Origin: Candidatus Nanoarchaeia archaeon | GTDB lineage: Archaea > Nanobdellota > Nanobdellia > SCGC-AAA011-G17 > DATDVL01 | NCBI GenBank assembly: GCA_035290025.1 | Contig: DATDVL010000060.1 | Span: 1-24,000 of the forward strand | Length of the DNA stretch: 24,000 nt | Reading direction: 5' to 3' | Shown here: in pieces, positions 12,748 through 21,748 of the stretch | How positions within the stretch are numbered: the first letter of the stretch is position 1 | Layout: every line of letters starts with the position of its first letter | Made by a program: the position numbers and the translations under genes | Notes under the pieces: generated by a model | Database searches by the model: none | What the model was told of the DNA's origin: nothing | What the model saw: only the letters and a program-made list of their open reading frames with translations

Positions 12748-13233
12748 TTATGGTCGCTGCATAAACTGTTGAAACTCTTGATATTCTTTATCTCGTTGTT
12801 CCTGTTCTTCCATGCTCATTTCGGGAATTTTGTTAGAATCAGGTAGCTTGTAGATGAATCCAAGTCGTGATTTCAGATTTTCAGCAAGGTTTGGTCTCAC
12901 GACAAGTCTAAAAGGGCGAGAATCAAGGAAGCGCCAGTCAGCGGTTTCTCCTTCTACGTATTCTTCTACTGTTGTTTTGTCTCCATCCAAATCGCAGTAG
13001 AGTTTTCTTTTTCCATAGTTTACTGCTGATCCTTCTACAATGTTAATATAGTTAGGTGTTGGTAATGCTGGTTGGTTTTTTATTTTTTTAATATCTCTAA
13101 TAATAACGTGTCCTGCAACTGCAGCAACGATGCCTACAAGTACACTGGTGTATAATGTTTTTCTTCTCATTTTTTCCCCTATTAACATTAAGACAATAGG
13201 TAAAAAAGAATATTTAAGTATTGTTTCCTCCAT
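12748..13233 (-). CDS. Hypothetical membrane-anchored protein (161 aa)
   Basis: It has an N-terminal hydrophobic segment (LYTSVLVGIVAAVAGHVII) and an acidic C-terminus. I recognise no family. Confidence 0.55.
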   Translation of the reverse strand: MEETILKYSFLPIVLMLIGEKMRRKTLYTSVLVGIVAAVAGHVIIRDIKKIKNQPALPTPNYINIVEGSAVNYGKRKLYCDLDGDKTTVEEYVEGETADWRFLDSRPFRLVVRPNLAENLKSRLGFIYKLPDSNKIPEMSMEEQEQRDKEYQEFQQFMQRP

Positions 13234-13253
13234 AAGAGGATATAGTCGATAGG

Positions 13254-13261
13254 TTTTTATA
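13254..13261. promoter_or_regulatory. Single shared TATA box between divergent genes
   Basis: tttttata lies 21 nt from ATG 13233 (-) and 23 nt from ATG 13284 (+). The whole divergent spacer is only 50 nt. Confidence 0.5.
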
Positions 13262-13283
13262 ATAATAGCAAGAAGAAGATAGG

Positions 13284-14036
13284 ATGGATTTTCATATATT
13301 AGAAGAGATTGGCTTTACGAAGCGCGAAGTGCAGGTCTATGTTACATTGTTAGAACTAAATGAGTCTTCTATTGGTAATATTGCTAAAAAGTCAAGAGTA
13401 ACACCAGCTAAGACTTATTTAATCTTGGAGAAGTTGAAGGAAAAGGGTCTTATTACTTCTGTGATTAAGAATAATATACAATGGTTTCAGGCTTTGAATC
13501 CAGACCGTATTCTTTATTATTTAAAAGAACAAAAAAGAATTATTAATGAAAAGGAATCGATAGTAAAAAATATTCTTCCTCAGTTACAGAAAAAGCAGGA
13601 ATTAGTTGCTCAACACAGTGCTACAATTTATGAGTCTGCGCAAGGTTGGCGTGCTTTATATGATGAAATATTGGATTACTTAGTAAAACAGAAAGAGGAT
13701 TTTATTGGTTTCACACTAGGTAATGAGTTTGATGCGCCCGATGCTAATCTTTTCTTTAAGCAATATGACGCTCGTCGTGAAGAACAAGGAATTACTGTAC
13801 GATTAGTGGGTTTAGAGAAACAGCGTAAATTTTTAGTGGAACAGTATACAAAGCGTAAAAATGTTAAATTGCGATATACTGATCTTCCTCTTCCTACGGG
13901 TATTATTATCTTTGCTGATAAGGTTGCTCAGTTGGTGTGGGGTGACGTCCCTGTTGCCTTTGTTATGCAGTCTAAGAGTGTTGCTGATGACTATCGTAAG
14001 TTTTTCGAGTATGTTTGGAAGATCGCTAAGCCGTAA
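13284..14036 (+). CDS. TrmB-family transcriptional regulator
   Basis: The N-terminal winged HTH is LGFTKREVQVYVTLLELNESSIGNIAKKSRVTPAKTYLILEKLKEKGLI, followed by a C-terminal TrmB-like effector region. Length is 250 aa. Confidence 0.8.
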   Translation: MDFHILEEIGFTKREVQVYVTLLELNESSIGNIAKKSRVTPAKTYLILEKLKEKGLITSVIKNNIQWFQALNPDRILYYLKEQKRIINEKESIVKNILPQLQKKQELVAQHSATIYESAQGWRALYDEILDYLVKQKEDFIGFTLGNEFDAPDANLFFKQYDARREEQGITVRLVGLEKQRKFLVEQYTKRKNVKLRYTDLPLPTGIIIFADKVAQLVWGDVPVAFVMQSKSVADDYRKFFEYVWKIAKP

Positions 14037-15194
14037 TTATTTATATATAACCATTTCTGCTTGTTGTACTGCTTCTTCTACCAGTTCTGCTATTTTCGTT
14101 TTCTTTTCTAGTTGGTTGATCTTGTCGGTTGTTGCTTTGATGTCGGGGTGTTCTGCTATCATGTAACTGCAGCAGTCTCCGTAGGGTCGTATGCTTATCT
14201 CATAAGTCCCATATTTTTTTGCTTCTTTGATGATGTCGTCTTTGTTGTAGGCTATGAGTGGTCTGATGATGGGTAGTTTCGTGTTTGCTTGTATTGCTGT
14301 TAGGTTTTCTATGGTTTGGCTTGCTACTTGTCCTAGATTTTCTCCGGTGATGAGTGCTTGTGCTTGTTCTTTTGCCGCTATTTTTTCTGCTAGTTGGAGC
14401 ATGGCTCTTCGGTAGAGGAGCATGCGTTGTTCTGCGGGTATGGTTATAATAATATTGTCTTGTATCTTGTCGAAGGGTAGGATGTAGAGTTTTGTTGTTT
14501 GTTGGTAATGGTTTAATTGTTCTGCTAAGTCTTTTATTTTTTGTAGTGTTGCTTCGTTGTTGACGGTTTTGTTATAAACGTGTGCTAGGATGACGGTTGT
14601 TCCTCGTTTCATGAGTTGTGCTGCTGCTACGGGGCTGTCGATGCCTCCGGAGAGTAGGCATATCATGGTTCCTGAGCTTCCGGTGGGTAGTCCTGCTACA
14701 CTTTCGTATTTTTTTGTGTAGATGTAGGTTTGTTGTTGGGTTATTTCTATGGTGTAGGCTATTTTTGGGTTGGTGAGGTCTACGGTTGCTGTGGGGTATG
14801 CTTCAAGTAGTGCTTCTCCTAGGAGTTCGTTGACTTCTGTTGATTTATGGCTGAATTGTTTGTTGCTGTTTTTTGTTCTTATGGCGAACGGGTTTTGGTG
14901 TTCTTTCGCTGCGAGTGCAAGTACTTTTTCTTTGATGATGGCTAGGTCATTGGGGCATGTTTCTGTGAGTGCATAGTTGTTGATGCCGGGTATGGTTGCT
15001 AGTTGTTTGAGGATACCTTCGTTGTTAGTATGTTCGTTTAGGTTGATGATGATTCTTCCGTAATCTTTTTGTATTTTTCCTGGTTTGTAGGCTGCTATTT
15101 TTTTTCTTATGTTGTCTACGAGGAGGTTTTCGAAGTAGTTTCTTCGTCCTTTTTTTATGGCTATTTCTCCGTAGTGGATAATGATAGTTTGCAT
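14037..15194 (-). CDS. thiI: tRNA 4-thiouridine synthase ThiI (THUMP plus PP-loop ATPase)
   Basis: It has the PP-loop LLSGGIDSPVAA and an N-terminal ferredoxin-like/THUMP region (IIIHYGEIAIKKGRRNYFE). Length is 385 aa. Confidence 0.88.
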   Translation of the reverse strand: MQTIIIHYGEIAIKKGRRNYFENLLVDNIRKKIAAYKPGKIQKDYGRIIINLNEHTNNEGILKQLATIPGINNYALTETCPNDLAIIKEKVLALAAKEHQNPFAIRTKNSNKQFSHKSTEVNELLGEALLEAYPTATVDLTNPKIAYTIEITQQQTYIYTKKYESVAGLPTGSSGTMICLLSGGIDSPVAAAQLMKRGTTVILAHVYNKTVNNEATLQKIKDLAEQLNHYQQTTKLYILPFDKIQDNIIITIPAEQRMLLYRRAMLQLAEKIAAKEQAQALITGENLGQVASQTIENLTAIQANTKLPIIRPLIAYNKDDIIKEAKKYGTYEISIRPYGDCCSYMIAEHPDIKATTDKINQLEKKTKIAELVEEAVQQAEMVIYK

Positions 15195-15266
15195 GAATGA
15201 TGGCTTTTTAGTGTTCTTTTAAGGGTTGTGAATGCGTGTTGTTGTGAAAGTAAGAAAGTTATAGAA

Positions 15267-15881
15267 TTAGCGAGATTTATTATAGGTAAATAAGTGGTTG
15301 TTTCTTGCCGAGTAGCGTAGTCGTGCGCAGTTGACATGGCGTCCTATTCTTCGGGCGTGGTAATCGTCTAATTGTTTTTTTGCTCCGTGCGGTTTTCCTG
15401 TTTTCACTTCAATGAGTGTTACAGGTATATCATCAAGGCGGAGTACTTTTCCTTGTTCATTGTGTATATGGAGGGGGAGTCGTGGATATTGGCAGAGGAT
15501 GTCAGGCATTTTTTCTCCGGGTTTTTGGTGGGGTACTTCTGGTGCTCGTTCAGCATAGAAAAATAGTTCAATAAGCCCGTCAACAAGTGCATCAACGACA
15601 AGTTCATGGAGTGAAAAAGAAAGTGCTGAAACGAGTCGGCGATGGCTCTGGTCATGAGGTGTTGGTTCTAGTCGTAATTGGTGTATGTGCTGCCGCAACC
15701 ATTGATAATGTGGTTGTTGGTCTGCTAAAAATCCTTTCATGGCTTGTTCTAGGTCATAACTTTGCAGGCGGTGATTGAATGCTTGAGCGACGATTTTTCC
15801 ATAAATGACAGGTAAAAATAGTGGATCTGCAGGATGGTCGGGTGTGTCAAGAAGGTAGTCTAGTTGCTTCACCTCGTGCAT
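15267..15881 (-). CDS. PD-(D/E)xK (RecB/Cas4-like fold) nuclease-family protein with helical N-terminal domain
   Basis: The C-terminal motif string is LRLDD-x7-LIEVKTGK-x8-QLDDY, matching the D...ExK...QxxxY pattern. There is no Cys cluster. Confidence 0.55.
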   Translation of the reverse strand: MHEVKQLDYLLDTPDHPADPLFLPVIYGKIVAQAFNHRLQSYDLEQAMKGFLADQQPHYQWLRQHIHQLRLEPTPHDQSHRRLVSALSFSLHELVVDALVDGLIELFFYAERAPEVPHQKPGEKMPDILCQYPRLPLHIHNEQGKVLRLDDIPVTLIEVKTGKPHGAKKQLDDYHARRIGRHVNCARLRYSARNNHLFTYNKSR

Positions 15882-15902
15882 GTATTTGGTAGTTGGTACT
15901 TG

Positions 15903-15910
15903 TTTATATA
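15903..15910 (-). promoter_or_regulatory. TATA box for the nuclease gene
   Basis: tttatata lies 22 nt from ATG 15881. Confidence 0.45.
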
Positions 15911-15960
15911 TTTGTCGTAGAAGATTTTTATTATTTTATAATGACAGTAAAAATGGTAGT

Positions 15961-15968
15961 TTTTTATA
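15961..15968 (+). promoter_or_regulatory. TATA box for rnhB
   Basis: tttttata ends 23 nt before ATG 15991. Confidence 0.5.
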
Positions 15969-15990
15969 GTGTTACTAAAGTAGTAAGGTC

Positions 15991-16650
15991 ATGGTAAAAT
16001 TCATAGCAGGTATTGATGAGGCTGGCCGTGGTCCGCTTATTGGTCCTTTAGTTATTGCGGGTGTTCTTGTTGCTGAGAAAGATGTTCCTAAATTGGTCGC
16101 TCTTGGTGTTAAGGATTCTAAGTTGTTGTCTCCTGCGCAGCGTGAAGGTATGTTTGAAGCAATAAAAGGTATTGTTAAGGATTATAAAATAATTATAGTT
16201 CAGCCGCAGGAAGTTGATGCTGCTGTTGAGTCTGTTGATGGTTTGAACTTAAATTGGTTGGAGGCTCATAAGACTGCCGATATTCTGAATGCGTTGAAGC
16301 CTGACAAGGCGTTTATTGATTGTCCTTCGACAAATATTAAGAAATATACAGAATATCTTAAAGATTTATTAAAAAACAGTATGGAACTCGTTGTCGAGCA
16401 CAAATCTGACTTCTTGCATAAAGAGACAGGTGCTGCCTCAATTTTGGCCAAGGTGACACGTGATCGCGAGATTGAGAAGTTGCAAAAAAAGGTTAAAGAA
16501 CCTTTAGGTAGTGGTTATCCTTCTGACCCTATTACTAAAGAGTTTGTTAAGAAGTATTGGAAGAAATATCCTGATATTTTTCGTCATTCCTGGTCGACGT
16601 ATAAGGTTATTGCTGATCCTGAAAAACAGTCTGGTTTGGATAAGTTTTAA
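15991..16650 (+). CDS. rnhB: Ribonuclease HII
   Basis: It has the GIDEAGRGPLIGPLVIAGV catalytic motif. Length is 219 aa. Confidence 0.92.
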   Translation: MVKFIAGIDEAGRGPLIGPLVIAGVLVAEKDVPKLVALGVKDSKLLSPAQREGMFEAIKGIVKDYKIIIVQPQEVDAAVESVDGLNLNWLEAHKTADILNALKPDKAFIDCPSTNIKKYTEYLKDLLKNSMELVVEHKSDFLHKETGAASILAKVTRDREIEKLQKKVKEPLGSGYPSDPITKEFVKKYWKKYPDIFRHSWSTYKVIADPEKQSGLDKF

Positions 16651-16736
16651 TGCGCTGGGTGTGGGATTCTCGCTAGCGTTTCAAACCCACAAGACGTTTG
16701 GCATGTTAGTTAGAGGCGAAGGTGTTTACCATTTTT

Positions 16737-16757
16737 GGGTTCCGCCAACCCGTTTTT
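16737..16757 (+). terminator. Hairpin plus oligo-T downstream of rnhB
   Basis: GGGTT-CCGCC-AACCC is followed by GTTTTTCTT. A second T5 run lies just upstream at 16732-16736. Confidence 0.4.
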
Positions 16758-16793
16758 CTTATCATTCTAGAGTAGGAAACTGTCTGAATAACG

Positions 16794-16801
16794 TTTATAA
16801 A
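16794..16801 (+). promoter_or_regulatory. TATA box for smc
   Basis: tttataaa ends 27 nt before ATG 16828. The same gtttataaag word occurs at the rtcA promoter. Confidence 0.4.
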
Positions 16802-16827
16802 GCTTTAAACCCATCTTTTCATGAGCT

Positions 16828-19800
16828 ATGACCTATATTACTAAACTGTATCTTCACGGTTTTAAGTCGTTTGCGAAGCCGACGACGTTAGAGTTTGGTA
16901 ATGAGTTCAATTGTTTTATTGGGGCTAATGGTTCGGGTAAAACAAATCTTGCTGATGCTATTGTTTTCGTTTTAGGTTCTTTGTCCCCAAAACTGATGCG
17001 TGCAGAAAAGGCTGCTAATCTTATCTTTAACGGTGGTAAGAAGGGGTCTCCGATGAAAGAAGCCGAGGTTTCCATCTTTTTTGAGAATAGTAAGAAGATT
17101 TTTCCTTTGGAAACATCGGAAGTGAAGATTACTCGTTTGATCAAGCAAAATGGGAATTCTGTATACAAAATTAATGATGAGACGGCTACACGTCAGCAAG
17201 TAATTGAATTGTTAGTGCATGCGTCTGTTGATCCTGATGGTCACAATATTGTTTTGCAGGGTGATATTGTCAAGTTTGCTGAGATGCGTGGTGATGAGCG
17301 TCGTGGTATTATTGAGGATATTGCTGGTATTTCAATGTATGAAGATAAAAAACATAAGGCGTTATTGGAACTATCAAAAGTTGATGCCAAGTTAAATGAG
17401 GCGGAGATTATTCTTACAGAACGTCGCACATATTTGAAGGAACTAAAGAAAGACCGTGATCAGGCTGTGAAATATCGTGAATTGGAGAAAGATATTAAGA
17501 GTAGTAAGGCGACAGTGTTGAATTATCAGTTAGTACAGAAGGAAGGTAAGCGCAAGGAAGTTGATGATCGTATTGCTGAGTATACAAAAGAGATTGAAAA
17601 GATTAATAGTAAGATTGCAGAACTAAAAAGGTTTATTGATGAACAAAAACTTGCTATGCATAATTTGAATAAGGAAATTGAGGAAAAGGGTGAGGTAGAA
17701 GTTGTCAAGTTGCAGAAGGATATTGAAGAATTGAAGACGACTGCTGCTCGTAAGTCTGAACGTCAGAATACGGTGGTTCATGAGATTAGTCGTTTGCATG
17801 AGCGTTTAAAGCAGTTGCAGGTTTCTGTTAAGGATACGGATGCTACTATTGTTGGTTTGGAGAAGTCTAAAAAGGAATTAGAACAGAAAGTTGTTCATTT
17901 GGAAAAGAAAGAATTGTCCTTATCTGATGAGATTAAGTCGTTCCGTGAAGATCATCAAATGGCTGATGCTTCTGAATTGTTGGCTTTGGAGAAGAAGGTG
18001 GAAGTTGCAGAGGGTGAAGTGCAGGAATTAACACAGGAGTATAATCAGTCCTTGCAGAAGAAGTTTTTGTTGGATGCGCAGGTAAAACAGTTGGAAGAGC
18101 AGGTTGCTGAGTTGAGTAAATTGGGGTCTTCTAGTGAAGTGAAAAAGTTGCGTAGTGATTTAAAGTTGATGACAGAGGAGTTGCAGAAGTGTTTGGCTGA
18201 GGATTCTTCTTTGGCTATTCAGTTGAATAAGGCTCGTGTTGCTTTAAATGATGCTAATACAGAGTTGTATAAACTGCAGGCAAAGCAGTCTTCTTTGCGT
18301 GAGTTGGCTGCTGCTGATCTTGCGTTGAAACGTATGTTGGGTTTAAAGCATGAGGGTATTTTTGGTTTGGTGACTGACTTGGGCGAGACTGATCCTCGTT
18401 TTGGTTTGGCTTTAGAGGTTGCTGCTGGTCCTCGTATGAAAGGTTTGATTGTTGATTCTGACAAGACTGCTGCTGATGGTATTAAGATTTTGAAGGAAGA
18501 AAAGTTGGGTACGTGCATTTTCGTTCCGTTGAATACGATGAAAATTGTTCCTAAGGTTAATATGTCAGGGGCAGGTATTGTGGGTAATGCTTTGGACTTA
18601 GTAAAGTTTGATCCTAAGTTTAAGAATGCGTTCTCATATATCTTTGGTTCTACATTGGTTGTTGAGAACGTGGAAACTGCTCGTCGTTTGGGTGTTGGTC
18701 GTGTTCGTATGGTTACTTTAGAAGGTGATTTATTTGAGACTTCGGGTGCTATTGTTGGTGGTCATCGTAAGGTCACGAAGAGTTTCCAGTTTAAAGAGAA
18801 GGACGCTGATGAAAAATTGCAAAAGTTTGAGAAGGATATTGAGCAAAGTCAGAAATTGATTGACCATTTGAGTACGAAACGTTCAGCCTTGGAAGATAAT
18901 ATTATGGGTTTGCGTGAGCGTAAGAGTGATGTTGAGGCTAAATTGATGACGTTGGAGAAGACTGCTTCTTTGGTGGATACGGAAGAATTGGAGCGTACGA
19001 TGAGTAAATTGAAGGATGATACTATCTTCGTGCAGGTAAAGAAGTTAGAAGGAGCATTGAAGGATAAGTCAGAAGTTATTGAAGAGTTACGTAAGCAACG
19101 TGATCGTGCAAAGCAGAATGCGCAAGATTTAAGCAATCCTGAAGTCGTTGCTGCTTTGGAAAAACTTGAGCAGTCTAAGGCTAAGACGCGTGAAGAAATG
19201 GTACAATTACGTACAGAACTGAAAAACATTGATCTACAATTGCATAACATTTATCTTCCAGAAAAGGATAAAGCTTTGCAGATTTTAAAACAGCAAGAAA
19301 AGGAGTTGGAACTATTTTCTCAGGAAAAGGTTGCTTTGGAGAAAGAGTTGAAGGAAAATGTTGCTGGTTTAAAGGAGCGGGAATTGCAAGAAGAAAAGTT
19401 CCAAAAGAATTTCAGGAGTTTGTTTGCCCAGCGTAATAAAATTTCTGAGGAGACAGTAAAGAAAGAGTCTTTAGTAAATAATGAGCAAGGTAAGATTCGT
19501 GAGATTGAAAACAAGTTGAATAATACAAATATTGCTCGTGCAAAGATTGTTGCAGAGTATGAAGCTTTGCAGGTAGAGTTTGAGCCTTTCAAGGGTATTT
19601 CTTTGCGTAAGAACGTTTCTGAAGAAGAATTGAAGTCGGAAATTCGTAAGTTTGAGCATTTGATGCAGCAGATGGGTAATGTTAATTTGCGTGCTTTGGA
19701 GATTTATGAGAATATTGATAAGGAATATCAGGAATTGTTGGAAAAAGCTGAAAAGTTGAAGATGGAAAAAGAAGATGTGTTGAAGATGATGACAGAGATA

Positions 19801-20262
19801 GAGTCTAAAAAGAAGTATATGTTTATGAAGACGTTCCGTGAGATTGCTAAGAATTTTGAGAATATTTTCTTGTCACTTTCTACTAAGGGTGAGGCGTTTT
19901 TGGAGTTGGAGAACAAAGAAGAGCCGTTATCTGCGGGTTTGGATATTAAGATTCATATGGCGGGTTCTAAGTATCTTGATTTACGTTCCATGTCGGGTGG
20001 TGAGAAGACGTTAACTGCTTTGGCGTTGATTTTTGCTATTCAAGAATACCATCCTGCGTCGTTTTACTTGCTGGATGAAGTTGATGCTGCTTTGGATAAG
20101 GGTAATTCCGATTTGTTGTCGAAGTTGATTGCAAAGTATTCTCAACGTGCACAATATATTGTTATTTCTCATAATGATAATGTTATTACTGAGGCTGCTA
20201 GAATTTATGGTGTAACAATGCAGGAGGATAATGTTTCTAAGGTGGTAAGTTTGAAGTTTTAG
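16828..20262 (+). CDS. smc: Chromosome segregation protein SMC
   Basis: It has Walker A GANGSGKTN, two long coiled-coil arms, a central hinge, the signature LSGGEKTLTALALIFAIQ, and Walker B FYLLDEVDAALD. Length is 1144 aa. Confidence 0.93.
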   Translation: MTYITKLYLHGFKSFAKPTTLEFGNEFNCFIGANGSGKTNLADAIVFVLGSLSPKLMRAEKAANLIFNGGKKGSPMKEAEVSIFFENSKKIFPLETSEVKITRLIKQNGNSVYKINDETATRQQVIELLVHASVDPDGHNIVLQGDIVKFAEMRGDERRGIIEDIAGISMYEDKKHKALLELSKVDAKLNEAEIILTERRTYLKELKKDRDQAVKYRELEKDIKSSKATVLNYQLVQKEGKRKEVDDRIAEYTKEIEKINSKIAELKRFIDEQKLAMHNLNKEIEEKGEVEVVKLQKDIEELKTTAARKSERQNTVVHEISRLHERLKQLQVSVKDTDATIVGLEKSKKELEQKVVHLEKKELSLSDEIKSFREDHQMADASELLALEKKVEVAEGEVQELTQEYNQSLQKKFLLDAQVKQLEEQVAELSKLGSSSEVKKLRSDLKLMTEELQKCLAEDSSLAIQLNKARVALNDANTELYKLQAKQSSLRELAAADLALKRMLGLKHEGIFGLVTDLGETDPRFGLALEVAAGPRMKGLIVDSDKTAADGIKILKEEKLGTCIFVPLNTMKIVPKVNMSGAGIVGNALDLVKFDPKFKNAFSYIFGSTLVVENVETARRLGVGRVRMVTLEGDLFETSGAIVGGHRKVTKSFQFKEKDADEKLQKFEKDIEQSQKLIDHLSTKRSALEDNIMGLRERKSDVEAKLMTLEKTASLVDTEELERTMSKLKDDTIFVQVKKLEGALKDKSEVIEELRKQRDRAKQNAQDLSNPEVVAALEKLEQSKAKTREEMVQLRTELKNIDLQLHNIYLPEKDKALQILKQQEKELELFSQEKVALEKELKENVAGLKERELQEEKFQKNFRSLFAQRNKISEETVKKESLVNNEQGKIREIENKLNNTNIARAKIVAEYEALQVEFEPFKGISLRKNVSEEELKSEIRKFEHLMQQMGNVNLRALEIYENIDKEYQELLEKAEKLKMEKEDVLKMMTEIESKKKYMFMKTFREIAKNFENIFLSLSTKGEAFLELENKEEPLSAGLDIKIHMAGSKYLDLRSMSGGEKTLTALALIFAIQEYHPASFYLLDEVDAALDKGNSDLLSKLIAKYSQRAQYIVISHNDNVITEAARIYGVTMQEDNVSKVVSLKF

Positions 20263-21748
20263 TTTCTTCTTGTTTTTCTTCTGCTTTGTTGAGGACGTAG
20301 TCAATGGCGTATTCTGGCCAGTTGGCGTCGTCGAATTGTTTTCGTAATTGTTCTCTTGTGTAGCCTGCCTTTTCTGCTTGTTGTACAAGTTTTATTGCTT
20401 GTTCTAGGTATTCTGGGCTGATGCCTTCTTTTTTAAGTTTATCTTCGTAGTGGGGGAGGTGCATGATACCTTCAATTTTTCTTATTTTTTTGTATTCATA
20501 ATATATCCAACCAAGGGTGAGCATAACAACAATTATCAGTGCCCATACAACAGTTGTGCTAGGCTTTTGTAGCTCTATAGGTTGTTCAATGACGATACGT
20601 TTTGCTGCAATAGTAAAGAGTTCGCTGGCGGTAGCTACTTGCCCTTCGGTGCTTGCTTGTACAATGTAGACGTATTGTCCTGCGGGTAGTTCTGGTGGTA
20701 ATTCCAGTGTTTTAGTGATCATGAACTGGTCTTTTATTTGTACGCGTTCTGATGTTTGGGTGATAACTTTGTTGTTAAAGTCTTTAACAAAGTAGTCTAT
20801 GTCGACAGTGGTCTCTTCTTTGTTGAGGTTATAGACATTAATCGTTCCTGTTATTGCTTCCCCTGAGTTGATAGTTCGTCGTTCTGCGGGTATGTCAAGG
20901 CTTACATCCAAATGTTGTTCTTTACTTTCTGCTTCTAAGATAACTGGGATATCGTTACGTTTATTACCATTAGTAACAATTATTCTTCCGAGATAGGTTC
21001 CTTCTTGGTTTACAAGTACTTGATAGTTAACAACGTATTGACTTCTGCTGTTCAGTTTGAAGGTTGTTTCTAGTAGTTGGAGATACCGTTCAATATTTTC
21101 TGTTGATAGGTAAATTTTTGCAGGAACATTTCCTTGGTTGGTAATGATTATTTGTCCTCCTTCTATGTTTCCTGTGGTAAGTTTGAGTTTGATAATAGCA
21201 GGTGTAAATGTGAGCGGTACCTCGGCTCCGCCACCGCCTCCTCCACCACCACCGCCTCCGCCACCGCCTCCACCACTCCCACCGCTACCGCCAGTTCCTG
21301 TAGTACTCACAGTAAAATTATTACTAGTAATATTTAGGTTTCCTGCAGTGTCATTAGCAAATAAATGAAATGTGTAGTCGCCTGCTGCTGATACACTGAA
21401 AAGTGCTAGGGTTTCTGTACAGTTAAGCTCATTAAGACTATTTCCTGTAAGAACACCGCTCGTGGCAAAGGTAATATTAAATCCGCAGGTTTCTATGAGC
21501 TGAGTATCATTAATGCTATAATTAATAGGTATGTCACTAACAGTTGTTACGGTTCCGTTGGGTTTGTTAAGGATTATGCGTGGTGATACAACGTCGTTGC
21601 CATATTCTAGGGTGAAGTTTACTTTTCCTGTATTGCTTTCGCTTGCTGCTCTGCCAGTTATTTGTGCTGCTTGAAGTATATTGTAAGTGCCGTAAAGTGA
21701 GAGGAGGGTTATGATGATAAGTGTGCTTGCGGTTAGTTCTCTTCTCAT
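20237..21748 (-). CDS. Type I membrane surface protein with beta-sandwich domains, poly-Gly linker and cytoplasmic tail (503 aa)
   Basis: It has a signal peptide and several N-x-S/T sequons. A 24-aa Gly/Ser tract is followed by PAGQYVY-type beta-sandwich sequence, a TM segment (VVWALIIVVMLTLGWIYY) and a charged tail of about 90 aa. It overlaps the smc 3' end by 26 nt. Confidence 0.65.
   Translation of the reverse strand: MRRELTASTLIIITLLSLYGTYNILQAAQITGRAASESNTGKVNFTLEYGNDVVSPRIILNKPNGTVTTVSDIPINYSINDTQLIETCGFNITFATSGVLTGNSLNELNCTETLALFSVSAAGDYTFHLFANDTAGNLNITSNNFTVSTTGTGGSGGSGGGGGGGGGGGGGGGGAEVPLTFTPAIIKLKLTTGNIEGGQIIITNQGNVPAKIYLSTENIERYLQLLETTFKLNSRSQYVVNYQVLVNQEGTYLGRIIVTNGNKRNDIPVILEAESKEQHLDVSLDIPAERRTINSGEAITGTINVYNLNKEETTVDIDYFVKDFNNKVITQTSERVQIKDQFMITKTLELPPELPAGQYVYIVQASTEGQVATASELFTIAAKRIVIEQPIELQKPSTTVVWALIIVVMLTLGWIYYEYKKIRKIEGIMHLPHYEDKLKKEGISPEYLEQAIKLVQQAEKAGYTREQLRKQFDDANWPEYAIDYVLNKAEEKQEETKTSNLPP
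21227..21298 (-). repeat. Gly-rich low-complexity coding tract (GTGGSGGSG16)
   Basis: There are 16 consecutive Gly codons (21227-21274) using mixed GGA/GGC/GGT, then S-GG-S-GG-T-G. It is a local GC spike in an AT-rich gene. Confidence 0.9.

Noticed and set aside
16854-20388. Many short minus-strand ORFs inside smc, plus 20011..20388.
   Set aside because: They are shadow ORFs opposite the Lys/Glu-rich coiled-coil coding sequence, with no promoters or motifs.
21138-21368. The + strand ORF with a poly-proline run, together with its sibling at 21134..21337.
   Set aside because: It is the antisense image of the poly-Gly tract inside the well-supported 503-aa minus-strand gene.
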